This document shows positions 48,538 through 56,870 of a stretch of DNA of 64,000 nt, piece after piece (position 1 is the first letter of the stretch; each line of letters begins with the position of its first letter). The position numbers and the translations under genes are program-made. The notes under the pieces are model-generated. The model was given only the letters and a program-made list of their open reading frames with translations. It was not told the origin of the DNA and searched no databases. The DNA comes from an uncultured Fibrobacteraceae bacterium. GTDB lineage: Bacteria > Krumholzibacteriota > Krumholzibacteriia > LZORAL124-64-63. Where the stretch lies: assembly GCA_964343835.1 (NCBI GenBank), contig CAYFKR010000008.1, forward strand, positions 64,318 to 128,317, in the 5' to 3' direction.

Positions 48538-48881
48538 CGATGAACCGCCAGCTGAACATCCTCGTCGACATCCAGAACAAGGAACTGACCCTGCGCGACG
48601 CCGAGGACGCCGAGAAGGCCAAGGAATTCGAGGCCCTGGGCTTCGCCATGGACCCGGACAAGATCCGCGGCGAGATCGAGAATCTGCTGCAGGAGGTCGA
48701 TCCGAAGCACCGCGGCTACTACCTGCGCCTCAAGACCAAGTACTCGGACCCCGTGGTGCCGGTGCGCGACGGGCACTGCACCGGGTGCTACGCGAACGTG
48801 CCCACCTCGTTCACCTCGGTGATGAACGAGAACAAGGTCCAGAACTGCGAAAGCTGCGGACGGATCATCTTCCAGATCTGA
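48534..48881 (+). CDS. small zinc-ribbon protein
   Basis: C-terminal CTGC...x18...CESCGRIIF four-Cys ribbon. 4-nt overlap with the upstream EIIA gene. Confidence 0.5.
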   Translation: MTMNRQLNILVDIQNKELTLRDAEDAEKAKEFEALGFAMDPDKIRGEIENLLQEVDPKHRGYYLRLKTKYSDPVVPVRDGHCTGCYANVPTSFTSVMNENKVQNCESCGRIIFQI

Positions 48882-48908
48882 TCCGGTTGCGGAGGGCAAA
48901 GAGAAAGG

Positions 48909-48940
48909 GGCGACCCGGTCGGGTCGCCCCTTCTTCGTCC
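48909..48940. terminator. hairpin GGGGCGACCCGG-tc-GGGTCGCCCC followed by TTCTTCG between convergent genes
   Basis: Perfect 11-12 bp stem seen directly. Confidence 0.4.
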
Positions 48941-48988
48941 GCGGCACATCCGGCGTGGGCGGGAGGTCCCTCGCCGTCGGTCGCGGCC

Positions 48989-50245
48989 TCAGTCGTGCCA
49001 GGCGCCGGTGAGGGTCTGGCTCATGGTCAGACCGCTCCCCTCCTCCTCCTCGAACTTCTTCTTCTCGCCGCCGTCGTCGCGCACGCCCAGGTCGGTGCGG
49101 GCCCACTTGGTGGAACCGGCGGGCAGGACGGTGGTCTCGGCCTCCCAGTCGATGCCGGGCTCCTTGCGGAAGACGAAGTCGGTGCCGTCGTGGTCGATCA
49201 TCACGAGATCGCCGCGGCGGATCTGCTCGCTGCAGATGTAGTGGGAGATGGGGGTCACCAGACGCTTCTCCACCACGCGCTTCAGGGGACGGGCGCCGAA
49301 CTCGGGGTCGGTGCCCTCGTCCACGAGACGGGCCTTGGCGTCCGCCGAAACCTCCAGCAGGAAGGGCTCGGAGCACAGCAGGGCGCGGTGGTGGATCTGG
49401 GCGATCTGGTTGTCGAGGATGCTGTAGAGGTGCTCCTCCTTCAGCGTCCCGTAGGTGATCAGGTCGTCGAAGCGGTTCAGGAACTCGGCCGGGAAGACCT
49501 TCTTGGCCTCGCGGTTCACGGCCTCGACGATGTCCCGGTCCATCTGCTCGCCGGTCTGGCCGGAGCTGAAGCCGATGTTGTTCTGGGACAGGTGCCGGTT
49601 CATGACCTTGCTGCCGACGTTCGAGGTGAGCACGATGATCGACCGGGTGAAGTCGACTTCCTCGTTGTTGGCGAGGATCAGGTGACCGTCCTCCAGGATG
49701 CCGAGCAGCGTATTCCACATCTTCGGGTGAGCCTTCTCGACCTCGTCGAAGAGAACGATGTTCAGGTACTGCTCGGCTTCCGGAGGGAACATCTCGCCCA
49801 GGCGGCTGCCCGCCTCGCTGATGAGTCCCGTGCGCTTCTCGATGGCCTTCAGGTGGTGCCGGTCCAGGTTCTCCTGGGCCAGCAGGGGACGGATCTCGCC
49901 GCCCACGTAACCCGGGGGCGAACCGAGGAGCTTGGAGATGTTGTAGTGCGCGGAGAATTCCTGGCAGTTGATCCGGGTGAAGGCCCGGCGGTCGCCGAAG
50001 ATCGTCTCGGCGAGGCAGCGCACGGTCTCGGTCTTGCCCACGCCGGTGGGGCCGAGGAACATCATCGTCAGCAGGGGCCGGTCGGGATCGTGGATCCCGG
50101 CGATCAGCCGGCTGAAGCTGTCGGTGATGCGCGAGCTGGCGTCGGGCTGCCCGATGACCATCTCGTCCATGCGATGCTGAAACCTGCGGAGCTGTCCACC
50201 CACCATGCCCGGCTTAAGTTCGATCACGTTCGGCACCTCGTCCAT
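48989..50245 (-). CDS. stand-alone AAA+ ATPase of the Clp (ClpA/ClpB D2-module) type with unknown C-terminal extension
   Basis: VIGQPDA...FLGPTGVGKTE (Walker A)...GSPPGYVGG...IVLFDEVEKAHP (Walker B)...LTSN (sensor 1)...GARPLKR (Clp D2 signature). No D1 module, N-domain or ClpX zinc finger. Confidence 0.7.
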   Translation of the reverse strand: MDEVPNVIELKPGMVGGQLRRFQHRMDEMVIGQPDASSRITDSFSRLIAGIHDPDRPLLTMMFLGPTGVGKTETVRCLAETIFGDRRAFTRINCQEFSAHYNISKLLGSPPGYVGGEIRPLLAQENLDRHHLKAIEKRTGLISEAGSRLGEMFPPEAEQYLNIVLFDEVEKAHPKMWNTLLGILEDGHLILANNEEVDFTRSIIVLTSNVGSKVMNRHLSQNNIGFSSGQTGEQMDRDIVEAVNREAKKVFPAEFLNRFDDLITYGTLKEEHLYSILDNQIAQIHHRALLCSEPFLLEVSADAKARLVDEGTDPEFGARPLKRVVEKRLVTPISHYICSEQIRRGDLVMIDHDGTDFVFRKEPGIDWEAETTVLPAGSTKWARTDLGVRDDGGEKKKFEEEEGSGLTMSQTLTGAWHD

Positions 50246-50385
50246 TCTCGCTATGGTAACCGGTTGTCGTCCCGGTCATTCGTTCCAGATGTTTCCCTTG
50301 GTCTGGAAAGCGGAAGCCCGCCTCTGCCCCATCATCGGACGGGCGGAGGCGGGCTTGAGCTTTTCCCTGCAAGAAATTCCGTATT

Positions 50386-52113
50386 CTACGGAGTCTCCAC
50401 GTCGAGGTACGGGATGCAGAGGTACGGCGCCTGCTCCTGGCCGGGCCTCTCCACCCAGCGGTCGTCGATGGACGCCCGCACCGGGGAGTGGGCCTTGATG
50501 TAGGCCTCGAAGGCCTCAGCCGTGGTGATCTGGGTCAGTTCGATGCGGTCGGCCGGGATCGTGGTCAGGAAGTCCAGGCCGCTGTTGCCCTCCATGAGGA
50601 AGGAGGTGCAGACCACCCGGTATTCCTTCTCGAGATCCAGGGGCTCGCCGTTGACGAGCAGGGCGCAGCAGCGGTCCCAGTCGGGGCGGCTGCGGTCGAA
50701 GACCACCTGCAGGCCCGAGGTGCACAGGCCGCCCGAGTTGCCCCGGACCTTCCGCTCCACGATGCGGCGGATCATGGAGCCCTTCATGGTCACGAGCACC
50801 AGCTCGTTGCCGAAGGGCAGCACGCTGAAGACGTCGCGGGCGGTGATGTCGCCGGCCGGGACGTCGGCGCGCAGGCCGCCGGTGTTCTGGAACGAGAAGT
50901 CGGCGTCGAAGTGGGCGCGCATGGCGTCGGTCACGAGGTTCCCCATGACGCTGTTGGCCCCGCCGCGGGTCAGGTTGACCGACGCGGAACCGATGACGCG
51001 GCCCATCTCGGCCTCGGTCATCTCGATGTACGGGCGCAGGGCCTCGGTCATCTCCTCGTGGGGCCAGAGCTCGTCCTCGAAGAGGGTGACCAGGGTGCCG
51101 CGGTCGTGGGGACCGGCCCAGTCGATGATCGTGCCGCTGTCGCGGTGGATCGTGAGGATGGCGTGGCCCACGCTCGAACCGTTGCCGTAGCTCTCGAAGC
51201 ACATGGTGTGGTTCACGGGGTCGATCCAGGGCTCCGGATAGCCGCGATGGGTGTGGCCGCCCACGGCGAAGTCGATGCCCGACACCGCGTTGACCAGCTC
51301 CATGAGGTTCATGACGCCGGACTGGACGTAGCCGTAGCCGCCGCCCGCGTCGCCCTGGGTGTCCTCGGCCTCGGCCTGGCTGCCCACGATGCGGGCCCAG
51401 CCGGCATCGGGGTCGTAGGGCAGGCCCTCGTGGATCAGCAGGCCCACGATGTCCACGCCGTCGGCCCGGAGCTCGTCGCGCCAGTGCTCGATGGTCGGGG
51501 CCATGGGCTCGAACGACAGGCCCCGGATGTTGTCCGGGAACGCCATGTGCTCGGTGGCCGGCGTGCAGATGCCGATCAGGCCGAGGCGCAGGCCGCCCAC
51601 GTCGAACTCGATGGTTGGCTCGCACCAGTCCACCACCTCGCCCGTGGACTCCTCCACGATGTTGGCGCAGATCCACGGCGCGTCGGTGGAGCGGGCCAGC
51701 TTCTCGCAGTTGTCACGGCCCATGTCGAAGTCGTGGTTGCCGGGCACGATGGCGTCGTAGCCGATGGTGTTGAAGAACTCCACCACCGCCTCGCCCTTGG
51801 TCTTGGTGCCCACCGGCGTGCCCTGGAAGGTGTCGCCGGCGTCCAGGAGCATCACGTACTCCCCGGCCGCGGCGGCCCTCTCGCGCACCTCCTCCACGTA
51901 GGTCATCATGGATGCGCCGCCGCCCAGGGGGGGCGGGAAGGCGGGGTTCATGAAGCGCGCCATCTCGGGCGCGATGTGGCCGTGGACGTCGTTGGTCCAC
52001 ATCAGGTGCAGGGTCACCATGCCGTCGTCGTCGGCTGCCGCGGCTCCCGTCGCCCCGAGGACGACGAGGGCCAGGGCCAGCAGGACGGCGCGTGTTCCGT
52101 TCATGGTTCTCAT
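50386..52113 (-). CDS. secreted bifunctional-type 5'-nucleotidase / metallophosphatase (UshA-like)
   Basis: Signal peptide MRTMNGTRAVLLALALVVLGATGAAAA. Intact motifs NDVHGH, DAGDTFQG, GNHDFD, GGHTHRGY, plus the C-terminal nucleotide-binding domain. ATG at 52113 after GGAGGAGAC. Confidence 0.8.
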   Translation of the reverse strand: MRTMNGTRAVLLALALVVLGATGAAAADDDGMVTLHLMWTNDVHGHIAPEMARFMNPAFPPPLGGGASMMTYVEEVRERAAAAGEYVMLLDAGDTFQGTPVGTKTKGEAVVEFFNTIGYDAIVPGNHDFDMGRDNCEKLARSTDAPWICANIVEESTGEVVDWCEPTIEFDVGGLRLGLIGICTPATEHMAFPDNIRGLSFEPMAPTIEHWRDELRADGVDIVGLLIHEGLPYDPDAGWARIVGSQAEAEDTQGDAGGGYGYVQSGVMNLMELVNAVSGIDFAVGGHTHRGYPEPWIDPVNHTMCFESYGNGSSVGHAILTIHRDSGTIIDWAGPHDRGTLVTLFEDELWPHEEMTEALRPYIEMTEAEMGRVIGSASVNLTRGGANSVMGNLVTDAMRAHFDADFSFQNTGGLRADVPAGDITARDVFSVLPFGNELVLVTMKGSMIRRIVERKVRGNSGGLCTSGLQVVFDRSRPDWDRCCALLVNGEPLDLEKEYRVVCTSFLMEGNSGLDFLTTIPADRIELTQITTAEAFEAYIKAHSPVRASIDDRWVERPGQEQAPYLCIPYLDVETP

Positions 52114-52147
52114 GGTCTCCTCCCGGATCGTCGGTCCGACGACCAAT

Positions 52148-53431
52148 CTAGAACCGATAGATGAAGGTCGCACCCAGGCGGAAGCGGTTGTCCTCCACGC
52201 GGGCCGTGGGCACGGTCTCGAAGTCCTCGGGGTACGGGAACCAGTGCTCCTGCACCGAGGAGACCTTGCCCAGCTGGGCCGAGACGTCGAACATGCCGCC
52301 GCCGTAGGGCATGCCGATGCCGGCGGAGAACAGGCTCGCCGAGGCCTCGGTGTCCGCATACAGGTCGAAGTGGCGGAAGCCGAAGCGCACGGGCATGCCA
52401 TTGTAGAACACGTGCTCCACGCCCACACGGTAGTCGCGGGTGTTCTCGTCGAAGACCTTCGTGCCGTCGTCCTCGAACTGGGTCCACTCGGTCCAGACCA
52501 TCTCCAAGGTCACGACCGTGCGGGGCTCGGAACGGGGGTGATAGGCCAGGCCCATGCGGTACTGCTTGGGGTACGAGAACGTGCGGCCGACGGTCTCCCC
52601 CACCGGGTTCGCCAGGTCGGCGCCGGAGGCGGTGACGGTCTCCAGGTCGCCCTCGATGTCCACGGCCGTCTCGACCGAGGCGCCCAGGGTGAAGCGCTCG
52701 TCGGCCTCCACCAGGATGCCCGCCGTCCAGCCGAAGCCGTCGGCGTCGAGGGTCGAGTCCATGCTGTAGGTGTCGCCGGGGTTCTCGAAGACGCGCCTGT
52801 TGACGGCCCCCTCGAGGTCGGTGAACAGGTAGTGGGCCGTCAGACCCAGGCTCACCCGCTCGTTCAGGGCGTAGCCCGCGCCCAGGGCCAGGTCGCGCAG
52901 GGCGCCCGACGAGGACAGGGAACGCTCCTCCAGAATGCGGTCGCGGGGGTCGGAGAAGGAATCCGGGTCCCGCACCTGCTCCTCGAAGTCGTAGGCGAAG
53001 TCGTAGCGCTCGGTGAGCGACAGGCCGAGGCCGAAGCCCTCGCCGAAACTCCTCGCCACGGCGAAGCCGGCGTCGAGGTAGTGATGGCGGTTGCTGGCGA
53101 TGGCCGTGTCGGTGACGTAGCTGCCGAAGCTGTCGAAGAGGGGCTGGAAGCGGTCCTCGTGGTCCTGGGCCAGGGCCGCGCCGGCGTCCAGGCGCCAGGC
53201 GCCCGCCGCCGACAGGGTGGCCGGGTTGAGGACCGTGCCGAAGCCGCCGCGGTCGGCGGCCACGCCGGTGCCGCCCAGCGCGGCGATCTCTCCGCTGAGC
53301 CAGACGTCCGCCGAGCCGTAGCCGGGAGCGTCCACCGCCGAGCCCGCCCACGCGGCCGACGCCGCCGTCAGCAGGAGCGCGGCGAGGGCCGCGGTCCCGA
53401 TCCGGCTCGTGTATCGCTTGTTCTGCGTCAT
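52148..53431 (-). CDS. FadL/PorV-like outer-membrane beta-barrel protein
   Basis: Signal peptide. N-terminal NPA motif (GTVLNPATL). Amphipathic beta-strand pattern. C-terminal aromatic ending ...FIYRF. Confidence 0.5.
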   Translation of the reverse strand: MTQNKRYTSRIGTAALAALLLTAASAAWAGSAVDAPGYGSADVWLSGEIAALGGTGVAADRGGFGTVLNPATLSAAGAWRLDAGAALAQDHEDRFQPLFDSFGSYVTDTAIASNRHHYLDAGFAVARSFGEGFGLGLSLTERYDFAYDFEEQVRDPDSFSDPRDRILEERSLSSSGALRDLALGAGYALNERVSLGLTAHYLFTDLEGAVNRRVFENPGDTYSMDSTLDADGFGWTAGILVEADERFTLGASVETAVDIEGDLETVTASGADLANPVGETVGRTFSYPKQYRMGLAYHPRSEPRTVVTLEMVWTEWTQFEDDGTKVFDENTRDYRVGVEHVFYNGMPVRFGFRHFDLYADTEASASLFSAGIGMPYGGGMFDVSAQLGKVSSVQEHWFPYPEDFETVPTARVEDNRFRLGATFIYRF

Positions 53432-53447
53432 TCTATCCTTCTCCCTA

Positions 53448-55973
53448 TCAGAAGGTGTAGTCCATCTGCAGGCGGAACGAGGTCCAGTCCCGCGGGGCGT
53501 AGCTGCTTTCGATGTCCGCTCCGTACTGCTCGCCGTACTGGCGCACGTCCAGGTAGGTGCGCGGCAGGTTGTGGTCGCGCGTCACCTTGAGCTGGAAGAG
53601 CATCTGGTCGGAGACGCGGCTCTCGACCTTGAACCAGTTGCGGAAGCCCCGGCCGTCCACCACCACGAACTCGTTCCCCTCGAAGTTCCAGAGGAAGCCG
53701 TTGTAGATCTCGGAGCTCAGGAGCAGCCGGATCGTCGGCGACAGGTGGTGTTCGTACATGGCCTGGAACGCGTTGGCCGGGATGCCGGCCGTGCCCACGC
53801 CGGGCACGCCGGCGTAACTGCGGGGTTCGGCCGCCTCGGGCACGCCGCTCAGGCGCTGACGGGCGGGGAACCACACGTTGGAGGTCATGTACATGAAGCG
53901 CAGCCGGTTGTAGTTGGACAGCAGCGTGATGAGCTCGAAGCGCGACTCCCAGGAGCGGAACCAGCGCACGTCGTTCAGGTTGTCCTCTGAACGGCTGCTG
54001 TACCGGTGCCGCATCCTCAGGCGGAAGTTGAACTTGGGCTGGTACTCCACGCGCATGGTGTAGCGCGTCATGTCCGTGCCGTCGGACTTCCTCTCCCACT
54101 GGTCGAACTCGAGCCCGTTGAGGATCAGGCTGCGGCTGATCCGGTAGCGGGTCTGCAGGAACATGCCCCGCTCGGGCTTGGGCTGGGGCGTGTTCAGCGA
54201 CAGCCAGCTGTAGTAGTCGTCGTTGAGGCGGTACCCCGAGTCGAGCAGGGTCTGCTCGTAGCGGCTGTCGTTGCTGAAGCCGCGGTTGTAGGGGTTGTCG
54301 TAGCCCACGTCGTAGTCGCGCCACAGGGCCAGCAGGTGCAGGTTCTCCCACTGGGCGAAGGCGTTGAGGACCAGGGCGTCGTTGCGCTCGCCCTTGAACC
54401 AGTCGGCCTTCGGGTCCTGGAGCACGCCGTACTCCCCCTGGAACGACACGTTGTCCACCACGTGCTGGAACTCGGCGCCGTACACGCGGCGGAACTTGTG
54501 CTCCGTCACCGTGCCGTCCTTGTCCTCGCTGCGCTCGACGCTGTTGTAGCCCTGCCAGACCTCGCTGTCGCGGGCGTCCAGGTAGCCCTGGTTCAGGCTG
54601 TACTGGCTGACCAGGGTGGTCGGGTCGGGGTCGAAGCCGCGGTTGTAGCGGGCCTCGTACGCCGTCACGCCCACGTAGGTCGCGTCGCCCAGCATGTAGC
54701 GCAGGTTGCCGCCCACCAGATCCTCCCGGAGGCCGTCGCGGCGCAGGAGGGTCGGGGTGTCCGGGGCGTCGCCGGCGCCGTAGAGACGGCCGGGCTCGTA
54801 GGCCAGGTGCTCGTCGTACCACGAGTCGTAGGGACGCGGGAACGTGGAGACCTGACGGTTGATGGTGCCGTCCGGGTTGACGATGACGTCCCTCTTCTGC
54901 CAGCTCGCGAAGAACGTGGTGTAGAGGTTGCCGACGCGGCCCTCCATGGCGGCGCCCGTCAGGTCGTAGTCGTAGCTCCGGCTCAGATCGCCGCGCACGC
55001 CGATGGGGCGCTTGTTCCAGCCGAAGCCGGTCTTGCGGAACAGCACGTAGTCCGTGTTGTCCATGACCAGGCCCTGGCCGAAGGCCACGCGGAAGTTGCC
55101 GAAGTACAGGCCCTTGACGTGGAAGGGACCGAAGTCCTTGTCCTCCATGCCGTAGTAGGCCTTGGTGGTCTGGTTCCAGTGCTCCTCGTACATCTGACGG
55201 TCGGTGAGCACGCCCGCCTTGAACCCGTTGGTGAGGTTCAGGGTGAGCTTGTGGGTCAGGTGGAAGTCGCCGCCGTTGGGCAGGGTCGACGCGGCGATCT
55301 CCTCCTCGTCCATGGACAGCGGCGTGTTGTAGTACCGCGTCTGGTAGTTGCCGTGGACCTTGTCGCTGGCGCCGGCCTGCTCGTCCGAGTAGACCACGAA
55401 GTCGCGCAGGTTCCGGAACGACCAGTAGCGCAGCCCGTCGGCCCGGCGCAGCTGGCGCTGGGTCTCGAAACCGCCGAGGCGGTCGCGAGCCGCGATGATG
55501 TTCCGGGCGTCCACCGGCGAGACGTTCTGGAACGTCTGCAGGTCGAAGAGGTCCAGGTTGTTCACGTTGACCGGATCACGCATGAGGTCCAGGTACTCGT
55601 CCACGAGTCCCTCGCTGGCGCCCTCCTGGCCCAGGTAACGGCTCACCTGCCGGTACGAGGCCGCCAGGCGGGCGATGGACGCGTCCTGCGGGTCCGGGGG
55701 CATGGTCGAGACCAGGGGCTTGAGGGCCGCCAGGTGCTCGGCGGTCATGCCCTCGACCTCCATGAGGTCGTAGAGGCTGCCGAAGTACCGCACGTAGGTG
55801 CGATAGTCGATGATGCTCCGCGCCACCTCCTCGGGGATCGGCAGGTCCATCACCTCGGCCATGGAGGCCCGGTTCAGGTCCAGTCGATCCGCCGGGGCGG
55901 CCGCGGCCGCTCCGCACAGGATCGCGCCCAGCAGCAGGCACGCGATCCCGACGGTCGTTCTGCGCATCGTCAC
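53448..55973 (-). CDS. helix-hairpin-helix (ComEA-like) domain fused to a large outer-membrane beta-barrel
   Basis: Signal peptide, then LDLNRASMAEVMDLPIPEEVARSIIDYR (HhH) and a second HhH-like segment (VSPVDARNIIAARDRLGGFE). About 650 aa of barrel-like sequence ending ...QMDYTF. Confidence 0.5.
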   Translation of the reverse strand: MTMRRTTVGIACLLLGAILCGAAAAAPADRLDLNRASMAEVMDLPIPEEVARSIIDYRTYVRYFGSLYDLMEVEGMTAEHLAALKPLVSTMPPDPQDASIARLAASYRQVSRYLGQEGASEGLVDEYLDLMRDPVNVNNLDLFDLQTFQNVSPVDARNIIAARDRLGGFETQRQLRRADGLRYWSFRNLRDFVVYSDEQAGASDKVHGNYQTRYYNTPLSMDEEEIAASTLPNGGDFHLTHKLTLNLTNGFKAGVLTDRQMYEEHWNQTTKAYYGMEDKDFGPFHVKGLYFGNFRVAFGQGLVMDNTDYVLFRKTGFGWNKRPIGVRGDLSRSYDYDLTGAAMEGRVGNLYTTFFASWQKRDVIVNPDGTINRQVSTFPRPYDSWYDEHLAYEPGRLYGAGDAPDTPTLLRRDGLREDLVGGNLRYMLGDATYVGVTAYEARYNRGFDPDPTTLVSQYSLNQGYLDARDSEVWQGYNSVERSEDKDGTVTEHKFRRVYGAEFQHVVDNVSFQGEYGVLQDPKADWFKGERNDALVLNAFAQWENLHLLALWRDYDVGYDNPYNRGFSNDSRYEQTLLDSGYRLNDDYYSWLSLNTPQPKPERGMFLQTRYRISRSLILNGLEFDQWERKSDGTDMTRYTMRVEYQPKFNFRLRMRHRYSSRSEDNLNDVRWFRSWESRFELITLLSNYNRLRFMYMTSNVWFPARQRLSGVPEAAEPRSYAGVPGVGTAGIPANAFQAMYEHHLSPTIRLLLSSEIYNGFLWNFEGNEFVVVDGRGFRNWFKVESRVSDQMLFQLKVTRDHNLPRTYLDVRQYGEQYGADIESSYAPRDWTSFRLQMDYTF

Positions 55974-56857
55974 GGCGTCTCACCACCCCAGGCGAAGGTC
56001 ATGCCGAACTGGTGGCTGGGCTTGAGGATGCCGCCGCCGCTGGAGAAGGCGTAGTCCACGCCGAAGCCCTCGAAGACGTAGCCGAAGCCGGCGGTCATCT
56101 TGTTCGGGTTCGACAGGACGCCCGCCCGCAGGGCCAGCCGGTCCAGCACGGTGAACTCGACGCCGCCGTGGTACTGGGGGTCGTAGCCCAGCGCGGACTC
56201 GATCTCGAAGACCGTCGTCACGCCGTCGTAGGGCTCGTAGGCCAGGCCTGCGTGGAGGCGCTGGGTGAGCTCCTCGTTGTCCAGGCCGATGGTCGGGTTG
56301 TTCACGTTCTTCACCATCACGCCCAGGCGGGTGCGGCGGTGGAGGGTGACCAGCAGGCCCACGTCGCCGCCCACGGCGCCGGCGTCGCCGGGGTCGATCC
56401 CGGAGACCGTCTCGCCGAACTCGAGGCGGTAGAAGTTCAGGGCCGTACCCACGTCGACGGTGGTGTGCAGGTCCTCGTACAGGCGGATGCCGTGGGCGAG
56501 GGTGAACGTGGTCTCGTTGTGGAGATCCACGCCGTCGTACGTGGTGGCGAAGCGCCGCAGGCCGAAGCCCAGGCCGCCGTAGCGGCCCACGGGCATCACG
56601 CCGCCGAAGTAGAGCTGGTCCGTGAAGTCCAGCTGGTACGGCTTGACGTAACTGTTGCCCAGGGCGTAGCCGACCTGGTTGGCCATGCCGGCGGGGTTGA
56701 AGTAGGGGGCGAAGGCATCGTCAGCCGTCGCCACGCCCGAGTCGCCCATGCCGCGGGCGCGCGGGCTCGTATCGACGTTCTCGAAAGCCGCAAGCGCCGG
56801 CCCCGCTGCGAAGCACAGGGCCAGGGCGGCGAGCGTCAGGATCGTCAGTCGCTTCAT
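55970..56857 (-). CDS. small FadL-like / PorQ-PorP-like outer-membrane beta-barrel protein
   Basis: Signal peptide MKRLTILTLAALALCFAAGPALA. NPAG motif. C-terminal ...FAWGGETP. ATGA overlap with the downstream gene. Confidence 0.4.
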   Translation of the reverse strand: MKRLTILTLAALALCFAAGPALAAFENVDTSPRARGMGDSGVATADDAFAPYFNPAGMANQVGYALGNSYVKPYQLDFTDQLYFGGVMPVGRYGGLGFGLRRFATTYDGVDLHNETTFTLAHGIRLYEDLHTTVDVGTALNFYRLEFGETVSGIDPGDAGAVGGDVGLLVTLHRRTRLGVMVKNVNNPTIGLDNEELTQRLHAGLAYEPYDGVTTVFEIESALGYDPQYHGGVEFTVLDRLALRAGVLSNPNKMTAGFGYVFEGFGVDYAFSSGGGILKPSHQFGMTFAWGGETP

Positions 56858-56870
56858 GGCTCGCGTCCTC

